The translations under genes were made by a program, and so were the position numbers. 64,000 nt of DNA from Felis catus (lineage: Eukaryota): positions 131,628,001 through 131,692,000 of the forward strand of contig NC_058368.1 in the NCBI RefSeq assembly GCF_018350175.1, read 5' to 3'. Shown here piece by piece: positions 12,077-23,975 of the stretch (positions within the stretch are counted from its first letter, which is position 1; each line of letters starts with the position of its first letter). The notes under the pieces were generated by a model. That model was not told the DNA's origin, made no database searches, and saw only the letters and a program-made list of their open reading frames with translations.

Positions 12077-13669
12077 TAAAAGCAAGGACAGAGCGGAGAG
12101 AGAAAAGCAACATTTCAAGATTTGTATCTTTAATTAGACTACATGTTTAAATTGCAAAGGAAACTGCCTTCCATAACTCAAGTAGAAGGAAATGAATTTG
12201 TGTATATTGTTTGGAGACCTCACATATTCATGTTTTGGAAGTTAACTTAAGCACACAGTAGTCCAAGTAGTCAACTTGGAAAAGAAATGACATTCTTTAA
12301 AGAAGTGAAACTGCAGTGTTTAGAAACAAAAACAGAAACAAGACAAAGAGCAATGATAGTGTAAAAACCGAATAGAAGTTAATTCCTGCCCAACTTCAAT
12401 CCTTGGGAAAAACGGGCTGTATTCCCTAGCACGTTTCATGGCAGTTTTGGCATCCAGCATGTGGAACCTTCCACTAGTGAAACGCAATTAAGTTCCCACA
12501 CGTACCCACGCAGATTTGTCCCCTATTGGTCCTTTCCCTCTGTTTCACTGTTAACCAGGCTCTTTTCTATTATTCTTTCATTTCCTGCCTAGATCATCTT
12601 TCCCAATTTCCCTGTTTACACTCTGCTGAACGACGTTTCCCACCCCCGGTACAGGTGCTCTTTACAGCAGGTCCGAAGAGAACAAGGATTTTTACCTTTA
12701 ACAAAGACAGACAGGAGCCGTCTTTATACCTGCTCATTGAGACTGCAGTCTCTAGACGATGTTGCAGCCTCACAACCTCCAAGTGATTTTTGTTAGCTGT
12801 AGGCATACCGGGTATCTGTTATGGATGTCTGGAATTTTAGTAGCGTGGGCTAGAATATGCCTTTGTGCATTCTCTCTCTTTCCCACTTGCTTCGAAATGA
12901 GCACCCCTGTAAGTGACTTGTTCAGAACAGGAGTCAGAGAGCCTCTCAGTTTATTGTTCTTGCCCTTGCCCTTGCCCTTGCCTGGAACAGTGCCGCTTTC
13001 CAGTGGACCCACTTTGCGGGGCTCTTTGTTAACTCATGTACAAATTTGTAACGTGGGTGTTGCTGCTTTTCCTTTGATTTGCAGTAAGGTGTCAGTTCAT
13101 TCTAAGGGTGTTGTGACATGAGTTATAGGACAGGAAATGAAAGAAGGCCACAACGAAGTAAAATTGATAAAACAAGATGTTTTTAAAATTAGGATAAAAC
13201 CTTGCCCAGTAAAACCTGGAGCGCCAACGAAATAGGATTTGCAACTTGAATGCACACCCTTCAGGAGGCCTCTCAGAAGAATTGCCAAGCAATGCTTGAC
13301 TTCCCAGGGGCGCTTGTGCTGCGGGATGCCATATCACTGTGGTCCTAGAACCTCCCATGGTCTTCCATCTGCTGAAGTTTGAGCTAAGGTGTGCATATTT
13401 GGATCTACTTGCTAAGATTTCCCTAACGTGTATCCTGGATGTTATCTAAAAACATTTTTCTTTCCAAGTGCCTGGAATGTACTGGGACTTTTCCTGAAGC
13501 TACTCTTTTGCATAACAGAGTCAGATTTGCAGCTGTGCAAATGATTTGGGGATGCTCCATAGGGTCACCTGCTTTAAATATCAGCCTTACCACTGGAATG
13601 CTGGCATTATTACTTCTTTTCTTGGATGCTGGATGCCTTCCCTAAAGGGTATGGCTGTAACAAGCTACC

Positions 13670-13842
13670 CCATTGCTTCACAAAGTGTGGTTCCTGAATC
13701 AGCTGGGAACTTATTAGAAATCGAATAACCAGACCCCAGACCAGACCCACTGAACTGGAAACTCGAGGGACAGAGCCCAGGGTTCTGTGGTTTAACAAGA
13801 CTTTCAGGTGATTCCAATGCTCATTAAAACTTGAGAGCCTCC
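13670..13842. mobile_element. MER5A-like DNA transposon
   Basis: CAAAGTGTGGTTCC..TTAGAAAT..TTTAACAAG..CAGGTGATTC..TTGAGA. Confidence 0.75.
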
Positions 13843-14849
13843 TACTAAAGCCTGTGGATGTCAAAGTGACATGTGCAGATGATGTGAAAGGAAATATTGT
13901 AACTTTATACTTCATAGTCTCCATTTCTAATGTCAATTTCTGTGCACTGTATATACCTAATATGCGTTATTGTTTATGTATAATTTATCAACACATGCAT
14001 GTTGTGTACTAACTAGGAGTTCATGTTTAATTTTGTTATTGATACAGATACATGATGCACAAAGTTTGAAGACCACTTGTATAACATTCAAAAACGCTTA
14101 TGCTTTAACTCCAGCTGAGCTATTAGCCAGCAATCATGTCATGCATTCGTGTTCATATATTTATCTCCTTTGTTCTAAAATGCTTTGCAAATAATTTATA
14201 GCATTCATTTCTCCTGTTGTACAGAGAACTCTGACATTCCCAGTAAAGTGACAAAAAAGAGACCTCTCCGTTGCATCCTGGATTCTTTTTGCCTCTCTTT
14301 GAACAACACAGAGAATAATGATGGCCCATGAACAGCATCAATGGTGCCTTCCCACATCCAATGTGCATGCAGAAGAGGCACAAAGAGCTAGAAAGAGGAA
14401 TCTATGCCCAGTCCTCGCCATGCCCTTTTCCCACTCCCATTACTCTGCTTAGATGGAGGAGTCCCTGGGGCCTGGGGGGCACTCTGTTCTCGTTGGCAGT
14501 TTTCCTCACTCCCCCACAAATACCAGCTTGCACGAGCCTGGTGTGCCTCCTGTGTTGCACACTTATGCTCCCTTTGTCTTATGTATTCCTGAGCTCCCCA
14601 GAGAATACCAGTGTGCACTTGTTATAAATGGAAAAAATGGAGGAACTAGGAGTATGGCGGACTTTCAAGCCACAATAATTTAGGAGCTCAACAAAGGAAA
14701 AGAAAAAAATGATTATTTCATTCCTAGCATAGTGTTTGCATAAAGTGTACTCTCCGTAACTGTGCATGAGGTGAATGAACAAACATATACATACAGTTCG
14801 GTTCCTGAGCACTGTGTTCTAGTAAAATTACATAGCAGCTTAAAAGCAA

Positions 14850-15045
14850 AAATACAGGTTTGAGTCTTACCACCGTCCTTACTATCGGTGTGACCTCGAG
14901 GAAGTCCCATGGCCTCTGTTAAGCCTCATTGCCTTTACTCTGTAAATCAAAGATAAGGGTAGTAAGTACTTCATAAACTTACTGTGAGAATTAAGTGAGA
15001 TGTAGCTGCTCAGCATGGTATCTGACACATGGTAAACTCCCGGGA
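14850..15045 (+). mobile_element. MIR
   Basis: TGTGACCTCGAGGAAGTC..GCCTCA..CTGTAAA..GTGAGAATTAAGTGAGA..GACACATGGTAA. Confidence 0.7.
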
Positions 15046-16194
15046 AAGGTCAGTTAAGTCATATGTCGCTAATGCTGAACCAAATGCCAAAAATTCACAA
15101 AGCGTATTCCTGCTCTCAAGCCCTTTCTGAGTGAAGTTCACGCACTCTTTTTTCCCTAGCTAAGGCCAATGATCTTACATAATCTATGCTTTTCTGAAAA
15201 TCAAAAGCAATGCCTTTATTGAAGAGACTGACCTAAACATTTGTTAACCACTGTCTCCTCCCGCCCATATGTCTGTCTGTCTGGAAGAGTTATTTTTGTT
15301 CTTGAGCTACAACTACTGGCAGAGGGGCAGAGTTCTTTTCATTCTGTCTCACCTAATGGAATATTATACTTCATCATTAAGAAGGAAGGGGGAAATTATA
15401 TGTAGATCTCCACGCTGGAGCCATTTAGTTGAAAACTAGATGGCAGCAAAATGATACCGCATCAAGGAAGGAATAAAAGGGTACAAGTTTTCTATCACTG
15501 TTTGGAAAAATTAATTTGTCTCTGAGGAGACTTTATAGCATCTTATCATCAAATAAAAACACCCTAGGATAACAATGGAAGTTTCTATGAACTCTGAAAA
15601 AAATGACTCCAGAAAAAGTAACACAGTACTTTCCTCTTTTTCCCCCAGAATCACCCTTTGTGAATAATGGGAAATCAACAAATATTATTTGAACTAATAG
15701 TTAAGTAAGAAGAAAGCCTGTGACAAAGGTGTGAGGATGTCTAGGCACAATGTGCAGAATTGCTTCCCGGGAACACTTCTTCGCCCATTCGTTTGGGCTT
15801 GTTACAATCACATAATTCCCATATATGACTTGACTTCAATATTTTCAATAATATATGAAGTAGGTCTTACTGTCCTAATTCAGTATTTCAGGTAGTAAGA
15901 ATTTGAGACACTGCCCAAGTTCACACAGTTGTAAGTAATGAAATCAAGATATAAACCTCAACCCACTTATGGCCTCATGTGGAGGATGGGAAGGGGCCTT
16001 TAGTTCATCTTTTTTCCTTCTTTGAGAAAATGTGAATTACTGCAGCAAAGTGGATCCCTTCCTCCTCCTGTGCTCACATTACCACTGCTTTGCTTCACTG
16101 ACTTGAATACTCCAAGGTTACTAGCCTTGCCCCTCTGAGACCACTAGATCTGTCACATGGACTCATACATTGGGTCAGCCTTAAACCTTCAGTT

Positions 16195-16320
16195 TGATTC
16201 ATTTCAAAAAACATGAACTGAGAGCCCTCAACGAACCAGGCAGTATGCTACGGGCTTGAGAACCAGCAATAATGGATAAACTTCTTGCTCCTGAGGGTAT
16301 CAGTCTGGAAGGAAATAGAC
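16195..16320 (-). mobile_element. L2 3' fragment
   Basis: ATTCATTTCAAAAAACATGAACTGAG..CCAGGCAGTATGCTA. Confidence 0.55.
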
Positions 16321-18040
16321 CAAAATGATAATAATGGATAACTCTGGCATTGGCTTAAGTTCTCTTTTCCTCTTTTTTCTTATCTGCATAAAATGTCTGC
16401 TAGCATGTGTTACTTTTATAGAAGAGCTTAAAGAAAAAAAACAAGGGCTACAAGAAAAGAAACTCTTCGGAAACTGATCTCTAATGACAAAGGCTGAACC
16501 AACACCATTTCCCCAGCCTTCTGACTCCTTACATCATAGAGGCACTATTGTTCAAAGCCACTTTGGGGAACTGTTTAATTGAGAACCTGCTAGATATCAG
16601 ACAATCTGTTCAGTGTTGGAAGTTATAGAGATAAATAACATAAACTTTGACAATTTTGGAAAAACGGTGGGATATGATATTTTCCATTTATACTGATACT
16701 GGTCTCTTCTATTTGCATAAAGCTTTCGCCTGTTTTTGTACAAAGTAGCTATTACACCCGTCTAGAAATGCACAATGCCATATTGACATGAAGTGTCTTC
16801 TTTTGAGAGCTATGCAAAAAAAAGCCCATAAATTATCATTGCATGCCAATAGAAACACAGAATAACCCCACAGAATCCTCTTAAACATAATATTTAAAGA
16901 ACCTCTAGTGTTGGGTAGGAGTCTGAAGCTGAAAAAGTAAACTGCAAAATGCTAAAAAAAAAAAAAAAAATTATAATAATCCCAACGCTTCTCAAAATCC
17001 TTCCTGTAAATGAGGGAATGAACTAGAGGGCTAACCCAAAGCGCTAGCACACAGCAGAATGCTGTTGTTATTAATATGATAAATAGATGCCAGAAATGCC
17101 AACTCTCTACCCTCTGCCTCAACCCTCTCCAAATAGCCTTTCTGGCTTAATCCTTTTATGAGGCTAAAAAAAATAATTCAGGCCTCATGCAGACCATATT
17201 GGACTCTCATGGCCTTCTGTCACCCTTCAGACCCTCGCCCTAGATAAACAGCTCCTCACATGTCAGAGGAAGCCAGTGGCACTGACAACCACAATGGATT
17301 TGATCGTTACCCTATAACTATACAACTGATATGTCATCATTCATTATTCAAGTATTGATCACCATCTTGTGCTGTTACAGATAAATGAGATGACACCTTT
17401 TTTTTAAATCAAAAACTCTCTTTTGGATAAACTGAAGGAGTTAAATTTGGTCAGCTCATATTGGAGGTTGTTTTAAAACTGCGTTATTTCGGCAATATCG
17501 ATGAAGCCTATGGCTTTAGCTAAAGAGAAATATGACATCACATAAATTAATGACATGATTAAGAATGAAGGGCTAAATACCATTTAGATAAACCAAGAGT
17601 TTAATATGCTGAGCCCTAAAACTCCAGCAGATAAAAGCAGGAGTTAACTGCAAGCTGCAATTAATGACCCAGACTTTGAATATAATGAAAATTAATGAGC
17701 TGAATTCTTTCTAGTGTAACACATGATAATCGACCTTTGAAGATTATTGGTATCAGATAAAAACAATAAACATTAAACCATAAAAATCTTGATTTTCAAT
17801 GCAGAAAATATTTTCCAAATGCAATGTAAAAACATAATACACTTATTTAAATATAAATATATACGCATATATATGCATATATATTTACAAATAAACAGAT
17901 CCTGGCTATAGTCGGTGGGATAGGGCTATGTTGTAATAATGTCCATGGTGCTGATTGCCATCCCAGCAGAGATTCAGGAATCCAGGACTCAGACTCTAAC
18001 AGCCACAGGCCTCTCTCTGCTAGCTGTAAGAATGACAAGA

Positions 18041-18244
18041 CGGCACTTGGGTGGCTCAATCAGTTAAGCATCTGACTCTTGATTTTGGCTCAAGTCATGA
18101 TCTCAGGGTCATGAGATCTAGCCCTGCTTTGGGCTCCAAGTTGGATGTGGAGCCTGCTTAAGTTTCTCTCTCTCCCTCCCTCTCTCTCTGCCCCTCCCCT
18201 GTTCTTTCTCTCTCACTCTCTCTCGAAAACTTAAAAAACAAAAA
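18041..18244 (+). mobile_element. CAN-SINE (older subfamily)
   Basis: TSD aagaat(g/c)acaaga. Confidence 0.9.
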
Positions 18245-19424
18245 AAGAATCACAAGATCCAGTAGACCAGGACCTAAAGAGCTGTTTGCAGACCCCATGT
18301 CTCCCAACCAGAGACCATAAAGAGAAAAACATTGAGAGAATCAGGGAAAAAAAAAAAAAAAAAGAAATTCCAAGAGATTCTCAAGCCAGAAAGGAGAAAG
18401 GGTGGGGAAGCAGACCAAGACAGAATAAGAAAGATACTTCATTTTGGAGAGTGAAGAAATATTGCTTTATAAATACTAGCTTTCCCTGTATCAATAAACA
18501 TAAGTCTCAAGTATCAAGCAAAGGAAATCATAATGTGCACCCCATTAACTCCTTCATCCTCTAATGTCCGGAGAAATGCCCACAAAGTCCCTTCAGAATC
18601 GCCACAAAAGTCATCACCTGTTCCCAACCTCCCCAGTAATGCTTTAAACAGTAACATTTAAAATAAATAAAAGATTGTTTATAATTCAATAGTAATATTT
18701 TTAGTCTTCAGTATCAGTATCATAATGTCAGGAAGCTGATGGATATTGTTTAAATGTTTAAATATGGTTTTTTACTCTTTAAATGGGAATAAGATGCCCC
18801 AGTAATGCTACCCATTATTTATCCAAGCTCCCTTCTGCTGCATGGGGAAATGTCAAAGGTCCTGCCTGAGGGCAAACCAAAAGCCACAGGGAGATGAAGA
18901 CCAGAATGTGGCCCTAGATCATGAAAGGTGCTGGCCCCTCTGGGCCCCGATGCTTTGCATAAAGGCACCTGGAGAGGCCACCCACAGATAATTCAGGTGT
19001 GTTTCCAGTTTCACTCCTTTGTTAAAGTCAGGTTTCATTTCTGACTGAACCTGAATGGCTTCAGGGCAGAGTCTGATCCCAGCTCTTGTTCAGGGACCCT
19101 TGAGGAAGTCACGGTACTCTATGCTCCCATGCGAGGACGTGCTGGCAAGTGAGGGGAGTTACTGCAATTACTTCTTCAGAGGTTCCTGGAGGAACCAAAC
19201 TTGTCATGACTCTCTATGAAGAACATAGAAGAGGTTGCCACCAAAAACACAAGTTTCATGAAAACTCACTAAAGAAAGATTATGAGAAAAATGGAGACTA
19301 TAGGGAGAGTCAATTATTATATATATATAGATACCTTGAAAAAATGTCTGGTTTCTGTTCTCCTGATTAACTGGGCTTCTCTTTTAATTGCAGTGCTTAT
19401 TTTGGTATAAAACAGTATAGTCAT

Positions 19425-19615
19425 GGGGCACCTGGGTGGCTAAATAGGTTAAGCATCCAGCTTCATGGTTTGTGAGTTGGAGCCCCACGTCGGGCTCTGT
19501 GCTGACAGCTCAGAGCCTGGAGCCTGCTTCGGCTCCTGTGCCTCCCTCTCTCTTTACCCCTCCCCTGCTCACATTCTCTGTCTCTCAAAAATAAACATTA
19601 AAAATTTTTTTTTTC
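19425..19615 (+). mobile_element. CAN-SINE with internal deletion
   Basis: Lacks the GCTCAGGTCATGATC segment; decayed TSD ..tagtca. Confidence 0.9.
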
Positions 19616-19707
19616 GAAGAGCGTAGTCACTTAGTAGATATCTAGCATTAATTCCATGTTTTTGAACTTGGCTAGAGCCTGTAATTATGTTTAAGAATTT
19701 TAAACCT

Positions 19708-19926
19708 GGGGCACCTGGGTGGCTCAGTTGGTTGAGCCTCTGACTTCGGCTCAGGTCATGATCTACAGTTCATGAGTTAGAGCCCTGCATCGAGCTCTGT
19801 GCTGACAGCTCAGAGCCTGGAGCCTGCTTTGGATTCTGTGTCTCCCTCTCTCTCTGCTCTTCCCCCGCTCATGCTCTGTCTCTCTCTCCTTCAGAGATAA
19901 ATAAAAACATTTAAAACAATTTTTTT
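19708..19926 (+). mobile_element. CAN-SINE (first of a tandem pair)
   Basis: Full element. Confidence 0.93.
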
Positions 19927-19943
19927 AAGAATTTGAAATGTAT

Positions 19944-20147
19944 GGAGCCCCCTGGGTTGCCCAACTTCAGCTCAGGTCATGACCTCCACAGTTTGTGAGT
20001 TTGATCCCCGTATCCGGCTCTGTGCTGACAGCTCAGAGCCTGGAGCCTACTTTGTATTCTGTCTCCCTCTGTCTTTACCCCTCCCCTGTTCACACTCTGT
20101 CTCTCTGTCTCAAAAATAGTTAATAATAACCATTAAAAAATGATAAA
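19944..20147 (+). mobile_element. CAN-SINE (second of a tandem pair; head partly deleted)
   Basis: CTTCAGCTCAGGTCATGA.. body, CT tract and tail. Confidence 0.9.
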
Positions 20148-20174
20148 AAGAATTTGAAACCTAGCATAACTGAG

Positions 20175-20206
20175 ACACACATACATAAACACACACACAC
20201 GCGCGT

Positions 20207-20239
<33 letters not shown>
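20175..20239. repeat. Compound (CA)n/(CG) microsatellite
   Basis: Visible directly. Confidence 0.9.
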
Positions 20240-20240
<1 letters not shown>

Positions 20241-20929
20241 TTTCCTTCTCTGCCCTGTAATTATCCATTGGTTACTTAAACTATGAAGCCACCTTGAGAC
20301 CTCTCCTTCACGGAAAATATATGAAGGCAGGACTCTGAAGCTGTCCCTGCATTTGACACAGAACTGGGGTATACTGTTGTGAGTGGCATCCATCTGAGAG
20401 GAAATCACTGGGGGAAAGCGGGGGGGCGGGTGGTTACTGACAGACGTTTGGAGCTCACTATCCTTGGGTCAAGTCGGTGAATCCTCTTCCTCCCTAGCTA
20501 TTTGCTCTGAAAAATAAAGAGAGGATATCATTCCCTTCCTACATGCCCTTTGGCTTCCTGAGTCTTGTCTTGCCATTTCGCCTAATAGCCGACAACAGAA
20601 TTGATTCTGAAAGGAGAAACTTGGCTGTATCTGCTGCAGCAGAAGTTCTGGTTTCTGTCTCCGGGAGCTGACAAACCCCAAGTGTTCTGCCTCACCCAAG
20701 TCCGTGAAATGCTGAGGGGGGGGGGCTGTCAATGGGGTCACACCTCTTTTTCTCAGCCTAATGGCGTGTTTATTTAACCAAAACCCATACTGGGGAACTC
20801 TAAGCAAATAAACAATGTCGCAGAAGAGCAGATAATTTTTAAAACTGAAGACCACACTCAAGCGTAAAGCTAAGTAAACACAACTTTGATGTGTTAAGAT
20901 GGATTGCAGCCAACTTCTAACAATCCTTC

Positions 20930-21135
20930 ACCGTTTTTACTGGGTTTCCCACACATGATCTCATTTGATCCTTGCAACAACCTTGAGATACTACTTTAAT
21001 CACCAATAGTTGTTATCCCTGTTTCACAGCAGAGGAAACTGAGTCTCAGAGAAGTTAACATGATTTTCCAGGGATTACTGTTCTAAGCAGCAATGTCTAT
21101 ATTTAGAGCTGAGTTTTCTGACTCTAGACCCATTC
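20930..21135 (-). mobile_element. MIR
   Basis: ATCTCATTTGATCCTTGCAACAACC..CAGCAGAGGAAACTGAGTCTCAGAGAAGTTAA core. Confidence 0.8.
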
Positions 21136-21419
21136 TCCTTTTTTAATGTCTTGCTGCCTTCAACTAAATATGTAAACCATTACATGAGGGACAAACTTTC
21201 AAAACAACAAACATTTTGCTGGTTTTTAAAAAGCTCTTAGCAGTTGCATAGAACACCAAAAGTCTGGCAACCTCAATAAAAGAGCAGACCGATGCAGGGC
21301 CAGAGCATTTCATAACTAAAATCCCTAGTGTGTTCACTCCTGAACTTGACCTTACTAGTCGTTAAGCTTCTCAGTTGATTTGTTCAATTTAGACCATGTA
21401 ATTATTTGGGGAACCATAA

Positions 21420-22270
21420 ATCCTTGGACACCAAGTAAATGCCCATCACCTAGATTCTACAATTAACATTCTAGTATACTTGCTTTGTCTGTCTGTCCAT
21501 CCCTCTAGCCAACCAGCAATCCATATTATTTTTCTGAAGCTGCAGATATCAGTAAATTTTATACCTAAATAATTCGGCATGCATATCATTAATTATCAAT
21601 AACTGCTGATGGCTCTTATTTTTTAAGTAAAACTTGCATATAATCAAATATACAGATATTAAGCGTACCATTCAGTAAGTTTTGCCAAATGTATACACCC
21701 ATGTAACTCAAACCTCTGTCTAGATGTGGAATATTACCCTCGCCCCAGAAAGCTCCTTCTCTGCATGCTCCTTCCCAAATCCCCTCCTCACCATTATTCT
21801 ACTATTTATCACTAACAGTTTTATCTCTTCTAGAACTTCATATAAATGTGTTCATGTGTTTGTGATTCATTCATGTTGCTTTGTGTATCAAGAGTTTACT
21901 CCTTTGAATTGTTGAGCATCACTCTACTGTAAGAATATAACTAGTTTCTTTATTCACTGTCCTCTTGACAGACACATGGATTATTTGCAGTTTTTGGGTA
22001 TCCTAAATAAAACTACTATGAACAGTCTTATAGAGATCCTTTTGTGAATATGTTTTCATTTCTTTTGTTAAATACCTAGAAATGGGTTGCCAGGTCACAA
22101 GTAGGTATATGTTTAGTTTCATAAGAAACTTCCTTAACTCTTTTTGAAGCAACTGTACTGTTTTAACTCACATCAACAATGTCTGGAGAGTCCCTGTTGC
22201 TTCACATGATCAGCAACGTTCGGCATTTTCAGGCTTTTTTCATTTTAGCCGTTCAGGTGGGTGTGTATCA
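21420..22270 (-). mobile_element. Old L1 (L1MC/L1ME) 3' fragments
   Basis: TTTTGCCAAATGTATACACCCATGTAAC..AAATACCTAGAAATGGGTTGCCAGGTCA. Confidence 0.75.
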
Positions 22271-22949
22271 TATTACTTTTTTAGTTATCAAATAAGAATG
22301 TTCACAGAGTATATCCACACTTCCATTATCAAGGGGCATCTCAGGCAAAATCTGTATCTAAATCCCCCTATTACTACACCACTTCAGGCTTCTTAAGTCA
22401 TATGATTATGACATTAAATCTTGATTCTCATCCTTCAGGAGTTGATGGAAAGATGCATTATTTAACTTCAACTGGAGCTCCAAGTCACTGACTATCATTG
22501 AAGTTAATTTTTAGGATGTTCGCCCATTAAAACTAGGACTTTCTATTAATCAAAATTATCAGGTTGGCTCTTGATTTATGCTCAATAGAAAAATAAATAA
22601 ATAAGCACAGCCTAGTCACAAACCTGTAAAATGTCTTTGTCTAAATTAAATGGGCACCACCACAAAGGTGGCTCTCTTAGACTTAAACTTGATATTAATA
22701 AGAGTGAATCCATGTGGACTAAGCTTAAGTAATAATACGTGGTAAAGTTACTTCCACATTAAGTTGCTTCCAGTTGCTGGAGGAAAAGTCATAGGCCTAA
22801 TTCTGTCTTCATGTAAGTTATTCCTTCGGTCTTCTAATTTATCCTTAGAAAGTGTCAAGCTTTCACGTTGCTGTTTTCTTGGCTTTTCCTGCATTTTCTC
22901 TGTTATAACTTCATTGTTCATTTATTATGAAAATAACCTACATGATCTT

Positions 22950-23156
22950 TTTTTTTTAATGTTTATTTTTGAGAGACAGAGACAGAGTGTGAGCAGGGGA
23001 GGGGCAGAGAGAGAGAGAAGGACACAGAATCTGAAGAGGCTCTAGGCTCTGAGCTGTCAGCACAGAGCGCGATGCGGGGCTGGAACTCACAAGCCATGAG
23101 ATCATGACCTGAGCCGAAGTCGGACGCTTAACCGACTGAGCCACCCAGGCGCTCCC
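22950..23156 (-). mobile_element. CAN-SINE, antisense
   Basis: Perfect 14-bp TSD acctacatgatctt. Confidence 0.95.
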
Positions 23157-23763
23157 ACCTACATGATCTTAATGCTTATCAAAATGTATTTCAGTCCACT
23201 GCTTATAACATTAGACATATTATAACTCATTTGACATTTTGTCTTTAATGAACTTTTAATAATCAGCAGCAGTAATGCAGCTTAGAGCCCTGAAGCAGGA
23301 AGAACAAATTGTACAAACCCTGAAGCTAATGGAACTGGTCAAGGCATCTCATTAAACACTAACATAAACAATATAGTAACTTTTCCACTTCTCTTTAACT
23401 AGTTCCTTTCTTTCTTTGGCTATAATTTTTCAAGATATTAAAGGATACTCTGCAAGTATATGTATGAATTTTTGAACCAGAAAATTTATAGTGTAACCTT
23501 AGCATCAATTAATCATTGTTAGGCACATTATATTTCTGGTGGTAGCCATTCAGTTCTTCCCTGCACCATCTAGGATGGGCAAAATGGTTCCATAGTTTTG
23601 AGAATCCCCGTGGGTTACAGAGGCTTTAGGGAGATGGCATCTGCAGAAACGTTATGAATTAGGCATTTTAATCTCTGTCCTGACTTGCCTTTTTCAGGAG
23701 CACTACATATACTACTTTATCGCTCACCATCTACCTGTAAGATAATAAAACATACTGGTTCTT

Positions 23764-23975
23764 GGGGCATCTGGGCAGCTCAGTTGGTTAAGTGTCCCAC
23801 TTCAGCTCAGGTCATGATCTCCCAGTTCGTGAGTTTGAGCCCCGCGTTGGGCTCTGGGCTGACAGCTCAGAGCCTGGAACCTGCTTTGAATTCTGTGTCT
23901 CCCTCTCTCTCTGTCCCTCCACCACTTATGCTCTGCTTCTCTCTCAAAAATTAATAATAAAACATTTAAAAACAT
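23764..23975 (+). mobile_element. CAN-SINE
   Basis: TSD taaaacatactggtt. Confidence 0.93.

Noticed and set aside
20459..20506. Minus-strand mini-exon (ctctttatttttcAG ... ATA|GTGAG)
   Set aside because: Stops in all three frames, a weak donor and no partner exons.
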